Part shown: in pieces, positions 27,484 to 37,093 of the stretch
How the letters are laid out: every line of letters starts with the position of its first letter
How positions within the stretch are numbered: position 1 is the stretch's first letter
DNA from: an uncultured Rhodospirillales bacterium
Lineage (GTDB): Bacteria > Pseudomonadota > Alphaproteobacteria > Acetobacterales > Acetobacteraceae
DNA: 64,000 nt
Reading direction: 5' to 3'
Assembly (NCBI GenBank): GCA_903924855.1
Contig: CAIYCW010000042.1
Span: 2,464-66,463, forward strand
Made by a program: the position numbers and the translations under genes
Notes under the pieces: generated by a model
Databases searched by the model: none
What the model was told of the DNA's origin: nothing
What the model saw: the letters and a program-made list of their open reading frames with translations, nothing else

Positions 27484-28728
27484 GTGAAAAACGGCAATAA
27501 CATCATTCTGGTGATCGGCGCGGGAGTTGCCGGCCTGTCCGCCGCCAGCGCGCTGCGCCGGGCAGGCCACGCCGTGCAGCTGGTGGAGGCCGCCTCCCGT
27601 GTCGGTGGCCGCGCCCACACCACCCAGATCGGCGCCTTCGGCTTTGATCACGGCGCCTCCTGGCTGCACGACGCCGATCGCAACCCACTGACCGCCTTCG
27701 CAGGCCCGGACCAGCTGATCGACACCGACCGGCTGCGCACACGGCGCGTGCTGGTGCAGGGCAGGCTGGCCACACCCGCCGAACTGGCCCAGCGCCAACG
27801 CGCCATCGCCCGCTTCGAGGCGCTCGCCAGCGCCCCCCAGCCGGACGCGCCATTGGCGCGGGTGATCGACCCTTTGCGTGACGATCCCTGGACCGCCAGC
27901 ATCGAGGCGTGGGAGGCCTGCCAGATCGCCGCCGCCGATCCCGCCGATTTCTCGGTGCATGACTGGCATCTCAACGCGCTCGATGGCCGCAACCTCGCCG
28001 TGCGCGGCGGCATCGGCCGCTTCGTGGCCGAGCGCCTGGCACCGATGGCAGGCCCGGCCATCTGCAACACCCAGGTCAGCGCCATCGACTGGCGGGGCCC
28101 GATCACCGCTGAGACCAATCGCGGCACCATCACGGCACGCGCCGCGATCATCACCTGCTCCACCGCGGCCCTGTCCCGCATCCGCTTCACACCCGCACTG
28201 CCCGCCGCCCACCAGGCGGCTCTGGACGGTCTGCCGATGGGACTTCTGACCAAGGTGGCGCTGCGCGCGCGCGGCCCCGCGCGGCTCGGGCTCAAGCCAG
28301 AGGAATCGGTCACCGCGCGCATCGCCCCGGGCGAACATTACATGTCCCTGCTCGCCTGGCCGGGCGGGGCGGATCACTGTGTCGCCTTCATCGGCGGCCC
28401 GCCCGCCTGGGCGCTGTCCCGCGCCGGCGCGGCCGCAACCATCGACGCGGTCCGCCTGCGCCTGCGGGACTGGTTCGGCCACGAGGCCGATATTTGCCTC
28501 GGCGATGCCGTGGTGACCGGCTGGGCCGATGATCCCTGGCATGGCGGCGCCTACGCCTATGCACGGCCCGGCCACGCCGCCGCCCGCGCAGCACTGGGGG
28601 TGCCGTTTGCGCAGGGCCGCCTGATCATCGCCGGCGAGGCCACAGCCACGGACGGTCTGGCCGGCACCGTCGCCGGCGCCTGGAACGAGGGTCAGCGCGC
28701 AGCCAGCCTGCTGGGTGCTGACAGCTGA
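27484..28728 (+). CDS. Flavin-containing amine oxidase family protein
   Basis: N-terminal dinucleotide fold VIGAGVAGLSAA...VQLVEAASRVGGR and the C-terminal GEATA motif. GTG start at 27484. Confidence 0.8.
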   Translation: MKNGNNIILVIGAGVAGLSAASALRRAGHAVQLVEAASRVGGRAHTTQIGAFGFDHGASWLHDADRNPLTAFAGPDQLIDTDRLRTRRVLVQGRLATPAELAQRQRAIARFEALASAPQPDAPLARVIDPLRDDPWTASIEAWEACQIAAADPADFSVHDWHLNALDGRNLAVRGGIGRFVAERLAPMAGPAICNTQVSAIDWRGPITAETNRGTITARAAIITCSTAALSRIRFTPALPAAHQAALDGLPMGLLTKVALRARGPARLGLKPEESVTARIAPGEHYMSLLAWPGGADHCVAFIGGPPAWALSRAGAAATIDAVRLRLRDWFGHEADICLGDAVVTGWADDPWHGGAYAYARPGHAAARAALGVPFAQGRLIIAGEATATDGLAGTVAGAWNEGQRAASLLGADS

Positions 28729-28731
28729 CGC

Positions 28732-29856
28732 CTACCAGGCGGTTCCCATCGCGGCCAGCCGATCCAGATGCGCCTCGGTGTCGCCGAAGCTCTTCTCGAT
28801 CATCGCCAGACGCTTCAGGTAATGGCCGGCGCGGTATTCCATCGTCATGCCGATACCGCCATGCAGCTGGATCGCCTCCTCGGAGACATGGCGCAGCGAC
28901 CGGCCGATCTGCACCCGTGCCGCCGAGATGGCGCGGCTGCGGGTTTCCTCATCCGGATCGGCGGCCATCATCGTGGCATACAGCGCCATCGATCGCGCCA
29001 GCTCCAGCTGCACCTGCATGTCCACCGCGCGGTGCTGCAGCACCTGAAACTCGCCGATCGCCCGGCCGAACTGCCGGCGTGTCTTCATATACTCCACCGT
29101 CAGCGCCAGCAGCGCATCCATCGCCCCCACCGCCTCGGCGCACAGAAACGCACTCGCCTCATCCACCGCGCGCGACAATCCGGGCCAGGCATCCAGCCCC
29201 AGCACCACCTCGGCGATCACCCCATCAAGCGTGATCTCGGCCGCCCGCAGCCCATCCTGCGTCGCATAGCCGCGCCGTTCGGTCGCCGCGGCATCCACCA
29301 GGAACAGCGCAATCCCGTTGGTCTCGCGCATCCCGCCCGACAGCCGGGCCGAGACGATCAGCCGGTCCGCGCAATCGCCATGCAGCACCAGGCTCTTGCG
29401 CCCCTCCAGCACAAACCCGGCCTCCCCCAGCCGCGCCGTGGTCTCGACATGGCTCAGGCAATGCCGCGCCGCGCGCTCATGATGGGCAAAGGCGAACAGG
29501 CTCTCTCCGGCAGCGAGAACCGGCAGCATCTCATCCTGCACCGAGGCCTCGGCTGCATGACGCAGCAGACCCGCGCACAGCACCGCATGGGCGAAATACG
29601 GCTCCACCACCAGCGATCGGCCGAACGCGTCGGCCACCAGCATCGCCTCCACCAACCCGCCGCCAAACCCGCCCTGCGCCTCCGGCAGCGTCACCCCCAA
29701 CAGCCCAAGCTCGGCGAACTGCGCCCAGCTGCCCCTGCTCCAGCCATCGGGCTGCGCCATATGCGCGCGGCGCTGCTCGAAGCCATAGGTCTCGGCCATC
29801 AGCCGGTCCACGCTGTCCTTCAGCAGGCGCTGATCATCCGAAAGATCAAAATCCAT
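28732..29856 (-). CDS. Acyl-CoA dehydrogenase family protein (shorter, divergent subunit of a probable pair)
   Basis: 374 aa with an ACAD fold. The C-terminal region reads HGGIGMTMEYRAGHYLKRLAMIEKSFGDTEAHL rather than the canonical YEG. Only 3 nt separate it from the upstream ACAD gene. Confidence 0.8.
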   Translation of the reverse strand: MDFDLSDDQRLLKDSVDRLMAETYGFEQRRAHMAQPDGWSRGSWAQFAELGLLGVTLPEAQGGFGGGLVEAMLVADAFGRSLVVEPYFAHAVLCAGLLRHAAEASVQDEMLPVLAAGESLFAFAHHERAARHCLSHVETTARLGEAGFVLEGRKSLVLHGDCADRLIVSARLSGGMRETNGIALFLVDAAATERRGYATQDGLRAAEITLDGVIAEVVLGLDAWPGLSRAVDEASAFLCAEAVGAMDALLALTVEYMKTRRQFGRAIGEFQVLQHRAVDMQVQLELARSMALYATMMAADPDEETRSRAISAARVQIGRSLRHVSEEAIQLHGGIGMTMEYRAGHYLKRLAMIEKSFGDTEAHLDRLAAMGTAW

Positions 29857-29859
29857 CGC

Positions 29860-31062
29860 TCAGAACCCCAGCACGGCTTTGGCAAGGATCGCGCGCTGGA
29901 TCTCGTTCGACCCGCCATAGATCGACACTTTGCGCATGTTGAAATATTGCGGCGCGGCCGTTGCCGCATCCGCGGGGCCAGGCGGTGGTTCATTGCCGAA
30001 TTCGATCTCATGCTCGTCGAAGAACGGCGCCACATACGGGCCCATCACATCCATCATCAGGGCGGTGCTGGCCTGCTGCAGCTCGCTGCCGCGGATCTTC
30101 AGCACCGAGCTCATCGGGTTGGGCTTGCCTTTCTCCAACTGCCGCTCGGCCGCCACCACGCGAAGCTGTGTCATCTCCAGCGCCTTCAGCTCCACCTCCA
30201 GGCTGGCCAGCTTGCGCCGGAAGCCCGGGTCATCGATCAGCCGTCGATCGCCATCCCATTCCTGCTCCGCCAACTCGCGGATGCGCCGCACCCGCGCCTT
30301 GGTGATGCCGATCCGGGCGATGCCGGTGCGCTCATTGCCGAGCAGAAACTTGGCGTAATCCCAGCCGCGATTGACCTCGCCCACCAGATTCTCGCCCGGC
30401 ACGCGCACGCCGTCGAAGAACACCTCGTTCACCTCCCGCCCGCCATCGATGGTCTGGATCGGGCGCATGGTGATCCCTGGCGTTGTCAGATCCACCAGCA
30501 GGAACGAGATCCCCTCCTGTTTCTTCGCCGCCGGATCGGTGCGGGCCAGCACGAAGATCCAGTCGGCATACTGGCCAAGCGTGGTCCAGGTCTTCTGCCC
30601 GTCAATCACCCAGTCATCGCCATCCCGGCGTGCCGTGGTGCGCAGCGAGGCCAGGTCCGAGCCGGCATTGGGCTCGGAGAAACCCTGGCACCACCAATCA
30701 TCCAGATTGGCGGCGCGCGCCAGAAAGCGCTGCTTCTGCGCGAGTGAGCCGAACTGCGCGATCACCGGGCCCACCATGGTGCAGTTGAACGACAGCGGAT
30801 GCGGCACGCAGGCCAGCTGCAGCTCCTCCTGCCAGATATAATGCTGCACCGGGCTCCAATCCTGCCCACCCCATTCCACCGGCCAGTTCGGCACGGCAAG
30901 GCCACGCGCATTGAGGATGCGCTGCGCCTCCACCTGGTCCTGGCGCGATGCATGCAGCCCGTGGCGCAGCTTGCCGCGGATCCGCTCTGGAATTTCAGTG
31001 TGGAAGATGTCGCGCAGCTCCTCGCGAAATGCGCGCTCCTCGGCGGTGAAGCTCAGATCCAA
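29860..31062 (-). CDS. Acyl-CoA dehydrogenase family protein (larger subunit of a probable pair)
   Basis: TTG start at 31062 preceded by GGGAGAG, giving MDLSFTAEERAFREEL. The C-terminus is IYGGSNEIQRAIL. Confidence 0.8.
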   Translation of the reverse strand: MDLSFTAEERAFREELRDIFHTEIPERIRGKLRHGLHASRQDQVEAQRILNARGLAVPNWPVEWGGQDWSPVQHYIWQEELQLACVPHPLSFNCTMVGPVIAQFGSLAQKQRFLARAANLDDWWCQGFSEPNAGSDLASLRTTARRDGDDWVIDGQKTWTTLGQYADWIFVLARTDPAAKKQEGISFLLVDLTTPGITMRPIQTIDGGREVNEVFFDGVRVPGENLVGEVNRGWDYAKFLLGNERTGIARIGITKARVRRIRELAEQEWDGDRRLIDDPGFRRKLASLEVELKALEMTQLRVVAAERQLEKGKPNPMSSVLKIRGSELQQASTALMMDVMGPYVAPFFDEHEIEFGNEPPPGPADAATAAPQYFNMRKVSIYGGSNEIQRAILAKAVLGF

Positions 31063-31099
31063 TGTTTCTCTCCCTTGCTGTCCGATCCGGGGCGCATGG

Positions 31100-32761
31100 T
31101 CATTGCGGCGGTGCCGCGCGCAGCTCATGGCGCGACAGCTTGCCCACCTGGGTCTTGGGCAGCGCGTCGCGCCGTTCGAGTGCCGTCGGCAGCTCCGCAC
31201 GGCCCAGCCGGTCGGCCAGGAACGCGCGCAACGCCTCAAGCGACAATTCGGCAGCGCCTGGCCGCAACACCACGAACGCCTTGGGCGACTGGCCGCGATA
31301 ATCGTCATCCACACCGATCACAGCCGCCTCCAGCACATCCGGATGCTCGCAGATCGCCTCCTCGATGATCCGCGGATAGACGTTGAAGCCGCCGCACAGG
31401 ATCATGTCCTTCTTGCGGTCCACCAGCACGAAATTGCCATCCGGCTGCATGAAGCCAAGATCTCCGGTCAGCAGAAACCCGTCATGAAAGGCGCGCGCGG
31501 TCTCCTCCGGGCGGCGCCAGTAGCCGCGCGTCACGTTGGGGCCGGCGACGGCGATCTCACCCACCTTACCCGGTGCCATCTCCACCGACGGATCGGCGCT
31601 GTCCACCACGCGCAGACAAATGCCAGGCAGCGGCACGCCGATCAGCCCCGGCGTCGGCCTGGTGCCCGGCACCAGATTGGTGCCGCACGGGCTGGTTTCG
31701 GTCATGCCCCAGCCACCGCCCACACGCTGGCCGGTCAGCGCCTCGATCCGATCGGCGACATCCACCGGCAGCGGCGCGCCGCCGGAGAGCAGCATGCGCA
31801 GGCTGGACAGGTCGCGCGTCTCAACGCCCGGTGTGCGGGCCAAGGCGATCCACATCGTGGGCACCCCGGCAAAGACGGTCGCGCGGCACGCCTCGATCGC
31901 ATCCAGCACCGCCACCGGATCGAACCGCGCCATCAGCATCACCTCCCCCCCGGAGAGCAGCGCGCGCAGCATCACCGAGGTGAGGGCGAAGATGTGAAAC
32001 AGCGGCAGCGCGCACAGCACCCGATCCCCCGGCCGGATGTGATGACCCTGGGGACGGTTCCAGTTGCCATAGATCGAGACCGCGGCCGCGAGGTTGCCAT
32101 GGCTCAGCATGGCGGCGCGGGGATGGCCGGTGGTGCCGCCGGTGAATTGCAGCAGGGCCAGATCATCCGGCGCGGCCTCCGGGAACGCCGTGCCGGTGTC
32201 CCCCAAAGGCAGCCCCAGCGCGTCCGCCGAGCTGTCCGGATCATCCCAGGCGGCCTCGCGCGAGAGCAGCAACCGCTTCACCGCGCCGTCGCGCAGCAGC
32301 CGCTCCGCCCGCCCGCGCAGCTCCGGCAGATCGGCCGCGATCAGCAATGAGGCCTCGACATCGGCGAGCTTCGCGGCCAGCGCGCGGGGCGGATCGAGCG
32401 GGGAGAGATGCACCACAACCAGCCCCGCGCGCAGCGCCGCGAAGAAGCACAGCGGATGGCTGAGACTGTTGGCCATCAGCAGCGCCACACGCTCCCCCGG
32501 GCGAAGCCCCAAGGCCATCAGCCCCGCCGCCATGGCGTCCACACGCTGGCCGAATGCCGCAAAGCTCAGACGTCCGGCGCGAAACCGCAGCGCCGGATGC
32601 GGCCCGAACCGCGCGACCGTCTCCGCCAGCAGCGCGGTCAGTGTGGTGCGCGCGATCGGTGCCGCCCACTCCACGCCGGGCGGATAGGCGCGTTCCCAGG
32701 GATGTGGCACCCTTTGAGGCTGCCGCGGATTGTCCGGCGTGTTGTTGGACGTCTCGTTCAT
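31100..32761 (-). CDS. AMP-dependent acyl-CoA synthetase/ligase (FadD-like)
   Basis: AMP-binding motif LQFTGGTTGHPRAAMLSHGNL, then GWGMTE and C-terminal LPKTQVGKLSRHEL. The ATG at 32761 was chosen (MNETSNN...), and the start is uncertain. Confidence 0.8.
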   Translation of the reverse strand: MNETSNNTPDNPRQPQRVPHPWERAYPPGVEWAAPIARTTLTALLAETVARFGPHPALRFRAGRLSFAAFGQRVDAMAAGLMALGLRPGERVALLMANSLSHPLCFFAALRAGLVVVHLSPLDPPRALAAKLADVEASLLIAADLPELRGRAERLLRDGAVKRLLLSREAAWDDPDSSADALGLPLGDTGTAFPEAAPDDLALLQFTGGTTGHPRAAMLSHGNLAAAVSIYGNWNRPQGHHIRPGDRVLCALPLFHIFALTSVMLRALLSGGEVMLMARFDPVAVLDAIEACRATVFAGVPTMWIALARTPGVETRDLSSLRMLLSGGAPLPVDVADRIEALTGQRVGGGWGMTETSPCGTNLVPGTRPTPGLIGVPLPGICLRVVDSADPSVEMAPGKVGEIAVAGPNVTRGYWRRPEETARAFHDGFLLTGDLGFMQPDGNFVLVDRKKDMILCGGFNVYPRIIEEAICEHPDVLEAAVIGVDDDYRGQSPKAFVVLRPGAAELSLEALRAFLADRLGRAELPTALERRDALPKTQVGKLSRHELRAAPPQ

Positions 32762-32941
32762 TGTCCTCAGCGTGGCCAGCGCATCGGGCTTCGTCAATCG
32801 CCGTGTTGGACGCCGTCCGATCGCGTGGCAGGGTATCGCCAAGAGAAAACGCAAACCGCCGATGTCCGGTCCGGCCCTGTCGGGTTGCCCGCCGGCGAAG
32901 GACAGCGCGGCGCGCATCAAAACAGAACTGGAAGACAGCGC

Positions 32942-33703
32942 ATGAACGACACCGACATCTCCGGCCGCGTGGCCCTCGTCACTGGCGCAAGCTCGGGCCT
33001 TGGCATGCGCTTCGCCCGCGTGCTCGCAGCCTCCGGCGCCCGGCTGGTGCTGGCCGCACGGCGTGTTGACCGGCTGGAGGCCTTGGCGAAGGAGCTGCGC
33101 GCCGATGGCGCCGAGGCGATCACCGTGGCACTCGATGTCGCCGATATCGCCTCAATCCCGGCTGCGGTTGCGCGCGCCGAACAGGCGATGGGGCCGGTCG
33201 AGATCCTGGTGAACAACGCCGGCATCTCCCGCCAGGCCCGGCTCGAGGAGGTGACCGAGGCGGATTACGACGCGGTGATGCAGACCAACCTCAAAGGCGC
33301 CTTCTTCATGGCGCAGGCGGTGGCACGGCGGATGATCGCGCTGCAGATCGAGGGCCGTATCGTCAACATCTCTTCGGTGGCCGGCATCCGCGTGCAGGGC
33401 CAGCTCTCCACCTATTCGATGTCAAAGGCCGGCATGGTGGCGATGACCAAATCGATGGCGCGCGAATGGGGCCGCCACGGCATCAACACCAACGCAATCT
33501 GCCCGGGCTACATCACCACCGAGATCAGCGCCGATTTCCTGCCCACGCCGGGCGGGCAGAAGCTGCTGGCCTCCCTGCCGCGAAGGCGTATGGGCGAGCC
33601 GCGGGATCTGGATGGCGTGTTGCTGCTGCTCTGCGCCGGCGAGCCGGCGCGCTTCCTCAACGGCTCGATCATTACCGCTGATGACGGTTTCTCGGTCTGG
33701 TGA
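32942..33703 (+). CDS. SDR family oxidoreductase
   Basis: MNDTDISGRVALVTGASSGLGMRFA, NNAG and YSMSKAG (catalytic YxxxK). Confidence 0.85.
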   Translation: MNDTDISGRVALVTGASSGLGMRFARVLAASGARLVLAARRVDRLEALAKELRADGAEAITVALDVADIASIPAAVARAEQAMGPVEILVNNAGISRQARLEEVTEADYDAVMQTNLKGAFFMAQAVARRMIALQIEGRIVNISSVAGIRVQGQLSTYSMSKAGMVAMTKSMAREWGRHGINTNAICPGYITTEISADFLPTPGGQKLLASLPRRRMGEPRDLDGVLLLLCAGEPARFLNGSIITADDGFSVW

Positions 33704-33712
33704 CCGAACCCG

Positions 33713-34183
33713 TCAGACCGTGGGATGCAGCGCGCAGCCATCCGCACTGCGCGACAGCAGGAACCGGCCATTGGCGATTCCCTCCAGCCGAGCCGCCAGC
33801 CCGTCGAGCAACGCTGCCAGCCCCGCTGCCGCCGCCTCGCCGACCTGGCCGAACAGCATGGTCTGCAGAATGTCGTGCGGCACCACCAAGCCCGGCTTGC
33901 GGAACAGCCGACGCAGCAGCTGCGCCTGCAGCGGGTTGAGTGCCAGCTTCGTGCCATCCGGTGCGATCAGCGCGCAGGCCACCTCGTCCAGGCGCCAGGC
34001 GGCCTCGCCCGGCAGGGCGCGCGATGCATCCCATTCTGCCGGGAGAGGCAGATCCTGCTCCGCCAACAACGATTGCAACGACTCCGGCAAGGCGTTCTTC
34101 CGATCACGATGGCTGACCGCATCAGGGATGTTGCGTATCGAACAGCACCTGTTGCTGATGCGATGATACTTGGTTTGGCGCAA
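33713..34183 (-). CDS. Small OmpR/PhoB-type winged-helix (Trans_reg_C-like) DNA-binding protein, hypothetical
   Basis: WRLDEVACALIAPDGTKLALNPLQAQLLRRLFRKPGLVVPHDILQTMLFG resembles the Trans_reg_C wHTH pattern. Third-position GC is high through the domain. There is no in-frame ATG upstream of the domain, so the start is a TTG at 34183 or an internal TTG/CTG/GTG. Confidence 0.45.
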   Translation of the reverse strand: MRQTKYHRISNRCCSIRNIPDAVSHRDRKNALPESLQSLLAEQDLPLPAEWDASRALPGEAAWRLDEVACALIAPDGTKLALNPLQAQLLRRLFRKPGLVVPHDILQTMLFGQVGEAAAAGLAALLDGLAARLEGIANGRFLLSRSADGCALHPTV

Positions 34184-34421
34184 TTTAAAATCGAGGAAAT
34201 GAACAAATTTCTGTGTGAGCGATCCACCAATTGATATTTTGTTTAGAATTGTCGAGTCAATTTAACTTTTATAAAGCGATTCGGGGAGGTGATGGCGCCG
34301 GCTTCCCAAGCGCCGGGCGCGGGCCATCTGGCCTGTCACGGCCACGGGTTCCCCCCTGCATGATTGCGCGCGATAAGGCGGTCGAGCCTCCCATGCCGTC
34401 CCTGTCATATCGGACCCTGCC

Positions 34422-35600
34422 ATGTCGCGTGCTTTGCTTGCCCTTGCTGTCGCCTCGTTTGGAATCGGCACCACCGAGTTCGTCATGGTGGGTCTGCTGC
34501 CGGACATGGCGGCCGATCTTGGCGTCTCCATCCCCAGGGCGGGCCTGCTGGTCACCGGCTACGCGCTGGCGGTGGCGATCGGCGCCCCTCCGATGGCGCT
34601 GCTGACAGCGCGGCTGGAACGCCGATCGGCGCTGGTGCTGCTGATGGGTTTCTTCACCTTGGGCAACGCGCTGTGCGCGATCGCCCCCTCCTACTGGCTG
34701 CTGATGGCGGCACGGCTGGTGACGGCGCTGAACCATGGTGCCTTCTTTGGCATCGGCTCGGTGGTGGCCAGCCGCATCGTGGCACCGGAGAAACGCGCCC
34801 AGGCGATCGCGTTGATGTTCGCCGGCATGACATTGGCCAATGTGCTCGGTGTTCCGGCCGGCACCTGGCTCGGCCAGGCCATGGGCTGGCGTGCGCCGTT
34901 CTGGATCGTCACCGGAATCGGCGTGGCCGCGATGCTGGCGCTGCTCACGTTTGTGCCAAGGATGGCGGCCGATGCGGGGGACAATCTGCTGGCCGAGTTC
35001 GCCGTGCTGAAACGCCCGCAGGTGCTGCTTGCCATGGGGCTCAGCCTGCTCGCCTCGGTGTGCATGTTCACCGTCTTCACCTATGTCGCACCTTTGCTGG
35101 AACAGGTGGCGGGGCTCAGCCCGCACGGCGTGGGCCTGGTGTTGCTGGCGGTGGGTGTCGGCCTGTCGATCGGCAATCTGCTGGGCGGCAGGCTTGCGGA
35201 TTGGCGGCTGATGCAATCCGTGCTCGGCCTGTTCGCGGCGCTGGCGGCGACACTTGTAGCCATGCATCTGGGCGCCGCCACAGCGCCGATCGCCATCACG
35301 CTGTGGGTGGTCTGGGCGGCGATCACCTTTGCCCTGGTCTCCCCGTTGCAGATGCGGGTGGTTGACCAGGCGGTGGGCGCTCCCAACCTTGCCGCTACCC
35401 TCAACCAGGGCGCCTTCAACCTCGGCAACGCCATCGGCGCCTTCCTCGGCGGTGCGGTGATCGATGCCGGCCTCGGCCTGCCCGCCCTGCCGCTGGTGGC
35501 AGCTTTTGTCGCCATGTCGGCGATGGCAATCACGCGGGTCTCGATGCGGCTCGATCGCCATCCGGAACCAATCCGGACGCAAGCCGAGGCTGCTCGCTGA
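34422..35600 (+). CDS. MFS transporter (12-TM, sugar/drug efflux-type, YdhP/AraJ-like)
   Basis: MSRALLALAVASFGIGTTEFVMVGLLPDMAADLGVS is typical of this MFS subfamily. 392 aa with about 12 hydrophobic segments. Confidence 0.8.
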   Translation: MSRALLALAVASFGIGTTEFVMVGLLPDMAADLGVSIPRAGLLVTGYALAVAIGAPPMALLTARLERRSALVLLMGFFTLGNALCAIAPSYWLLMAARLVTALNHGAFFGIGSVVASRIVAPEKRAQAIALMFAGMTLANVLGVPAGTWLGQAMGWRAPFWIVTGIGVAAMLALLTFVPRMAADAGDNLLAEFAVLKRPQVLLAMGLSLLASVCMFTVFTYVAPLLEQVAGLSPHGVGLVLLAVGVGLSIGNLLGGRLADWRLMQSVLGLFAALAATLVAMHLGAATAPIAITLWVVWAAITFALVSPLQMRVVDQAVGAPNLAATLNQGAFNLGNAIGAFLGGAVIDAGLGLPALPLVAAFVAMSAMAITRVSMRLDRHPEPIRTQAEAAR

Positions 35601-35626
35601 TTTCGGGAGAGACCGACCCCACAAAC

Positions 35627-37054
35627 TCAGAGATGCATCACAAGGTCTGGTGCAGCATGGGGCGGGGCGGTGTGGGCGACGGGTTTGGGCGGATGCGGCA
35701 GAATTTGTGCCGCAAGAATGAGACGCAGGCGGTGCGCCAGGGTGCGCTGCCCCAGAATGCCGGTATCATGGATGCACAGCGCCTTCAGCGTTTGCGCAAG
35801 CCGCAGCACAAGGCGCCGCAGAGCCGAGCGGTCGATCGCCCGAACCGAACCGGCCGGCATGCTGCGCAGCCTGCGATGAAACACCTCGCAGACATCGTCG
35901 AGCATATCGGCCCGGATCGTGTGGTGGTGTGTCAGCAGATAGCGCAGCATCGGCGCGCGCAGCCGGTGATTCGATTTCTGATACAGCCGCAAAACCGCCA
36001 CGACCATGAAGGCGACCAACTCAGGGGCCGTCAAATCGGTCGTGTTCTGCAGAATGTCCTGTTTCAGGCTGGCGAACTGCCGGCGCTGATAGCGCACCAC
36101 CAGCATGTCGATCAGGTTTCCCACCGAGTTGAAATGCCACGAGATCACCGATTTTGACAGGCTGAGCTGTTCGCCCAGCTTCTTCAACGTCAACTCGGGC
36201 GCGTCCTGTTGGCGCAGCATGAAGGCCGCGGAGTTCATCAGCCGCTCCGGCGAGTGGAACATCTGGTTCGGCAACATCCGCCCGGGCGCCATCATGGTTG
36301 GGATCGGATTGGACCATGTGGCGGTGGTGTTGGGTTGGTAGGACCCCAGCATGGTGGTCAGATCGGGTTTGTTGGCGGGCGGGGCGAACACGCTCTGCGG
36401 GTCCACCCCCGCGGCGATCAGCCGCTCGTTCAAAGTCTGCGACAGGCTCTGCAACTGCGCGCGGTTGAAGGCGGAATCATAGCCGAACACCAGAACCACC
36501 AGATCGGTCTCGGTCAGCACAAAGGACTGGCGCTGCAGCTTATGGCGCAGCAATGTCGCTTCATGGCGGCCCACCATGACGCAGACCCCGTCCGGCCCCA
36601 GCAATTGCCGCCCGCTGCTGTCCAGCTTCCAGGGATTGTCTGTCTTCGTCGGCCGTGAAGCCCATTGCGTCAGCCACATGGACACCAGGCCGCCAAGCCG
36701 GTCAGCCTCCGGCAGGCCCGGGACATAATGGTTCGCGCCAAGAGCCAGGCACAACCGTCGGTCAAAGGCGGAGGGTTCGCCGGAGAACACCACCACCCCA
36801 GCCGTGACACGGCAACGCAGGCCCACCAGGCGGAGCAAGGTATCGTCCTGTGAGTCGCGCAATTCCACCATCATCAACGCGGGTTGGCGCACAATATTGC
36901 CGGCCGCCCAGGCACGCATCGACTTGACGCTGTTCAATGTCTCTATCTGAACCGGCATCTTCTGCGTTGCTTTTTCGCTCAGTGCCGCGAGCCTGCGGCC
37001 AGCAACGACGATGAGGGGTGAATCGATACTCGGATCTGTAAGGCAGCTGGACAT
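35627..37054 (-). CDS. Multi-domain transcriptional regulator: degenerate receiver-like N-terminus + OmpR-type wHTH + TetR-like HTH/ligand domain (hypothetical)
   Basis: aa ~13-125 follow a CheY-like beta/alpha pattern, but E64 replaces the phospho-Asp. aa ~141-216 (WKLDSSGRQLLGPDGVCVMVGRHEATLLRHKL...) are Trans_reg_C-like. aa ~270-325 (AAFMLRQQDAPELTLKKLGEQLSLSKSVISWHFNSVGNLIDML) are TetR_N-like. Confidence 0.6.
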   Translation of the reverse strand: MSSCLTDPSIDSPLIVVAGRRLAALSEKATQKMPVQIETLNSVKSMRAWAAGNIVRQPALMMVELRDSQDDTLLRLVGLRCRVTAGVVVFSGEPSAFDRRLCLALGANHYVPGLPEADRLGGLVSMWLTQWASRPTKTDNPWKLDSSGRQLLGPDGVCVMVGRHEATLLRHKLQRQSFVLTETDLVVLVFGYDSAFNRAQLQSLSQTLNERLIAAGVDPQSVFAPPANKPDLTTMLGSYQPNTTATWSNPIPTMMAPGRMLPNQMFHSPERLMNSAAFMLRQQDAPELTLKKLGEQLSLSKSVISWHFNSVGNLIDMLVVRYQRRQFASLKQDILQNTTDLTAPELVAFMVVAVLRLYQKSNHRLRAPMLRYLLTHHHTIRADMLDDVCEVFHRRLRSMPAGSVRAIDRSALRRLVLRLAQTLKALCIHDTGILGQRTLAHRLRLILAAQILPHPPKPVAHTAPPHAAPDLVMHL

Positions 37055-37077
37055 CAGTGCAGAGTCTCTCAGGACGA

Positions 37078-37093
37078 ATCACGTTTTCGTGAT
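37078..37093. promoter_or_regulatory. Palindrome ATCACG-N4-CGTGAT upstream of the 475-aa regulator gene, inside an AT-rich intergenic region
   Basis: ATCACGTTTTCGTGAT lies 24-39 nt upstream of the ATG at 37054. This is candidate operator geometry for a dimeric HTH protein. Confidence 0.3.

Noticed and set aside
34270-34421. A possible riboswitch (guanidine-II/mini-ykkC-like) was considered in the GC-rich leader of the MFS transporter because of two closely spaced ACGG motifs (GTCACGGCCACGG).
   Set aside because: The ACGG motifs are not presented as tetraloops on GC-closed hairpins, and I could find no second matching hairpin or other conserved riboswitch core. A covariance-model scan (Rfam) would be needed to revive this.
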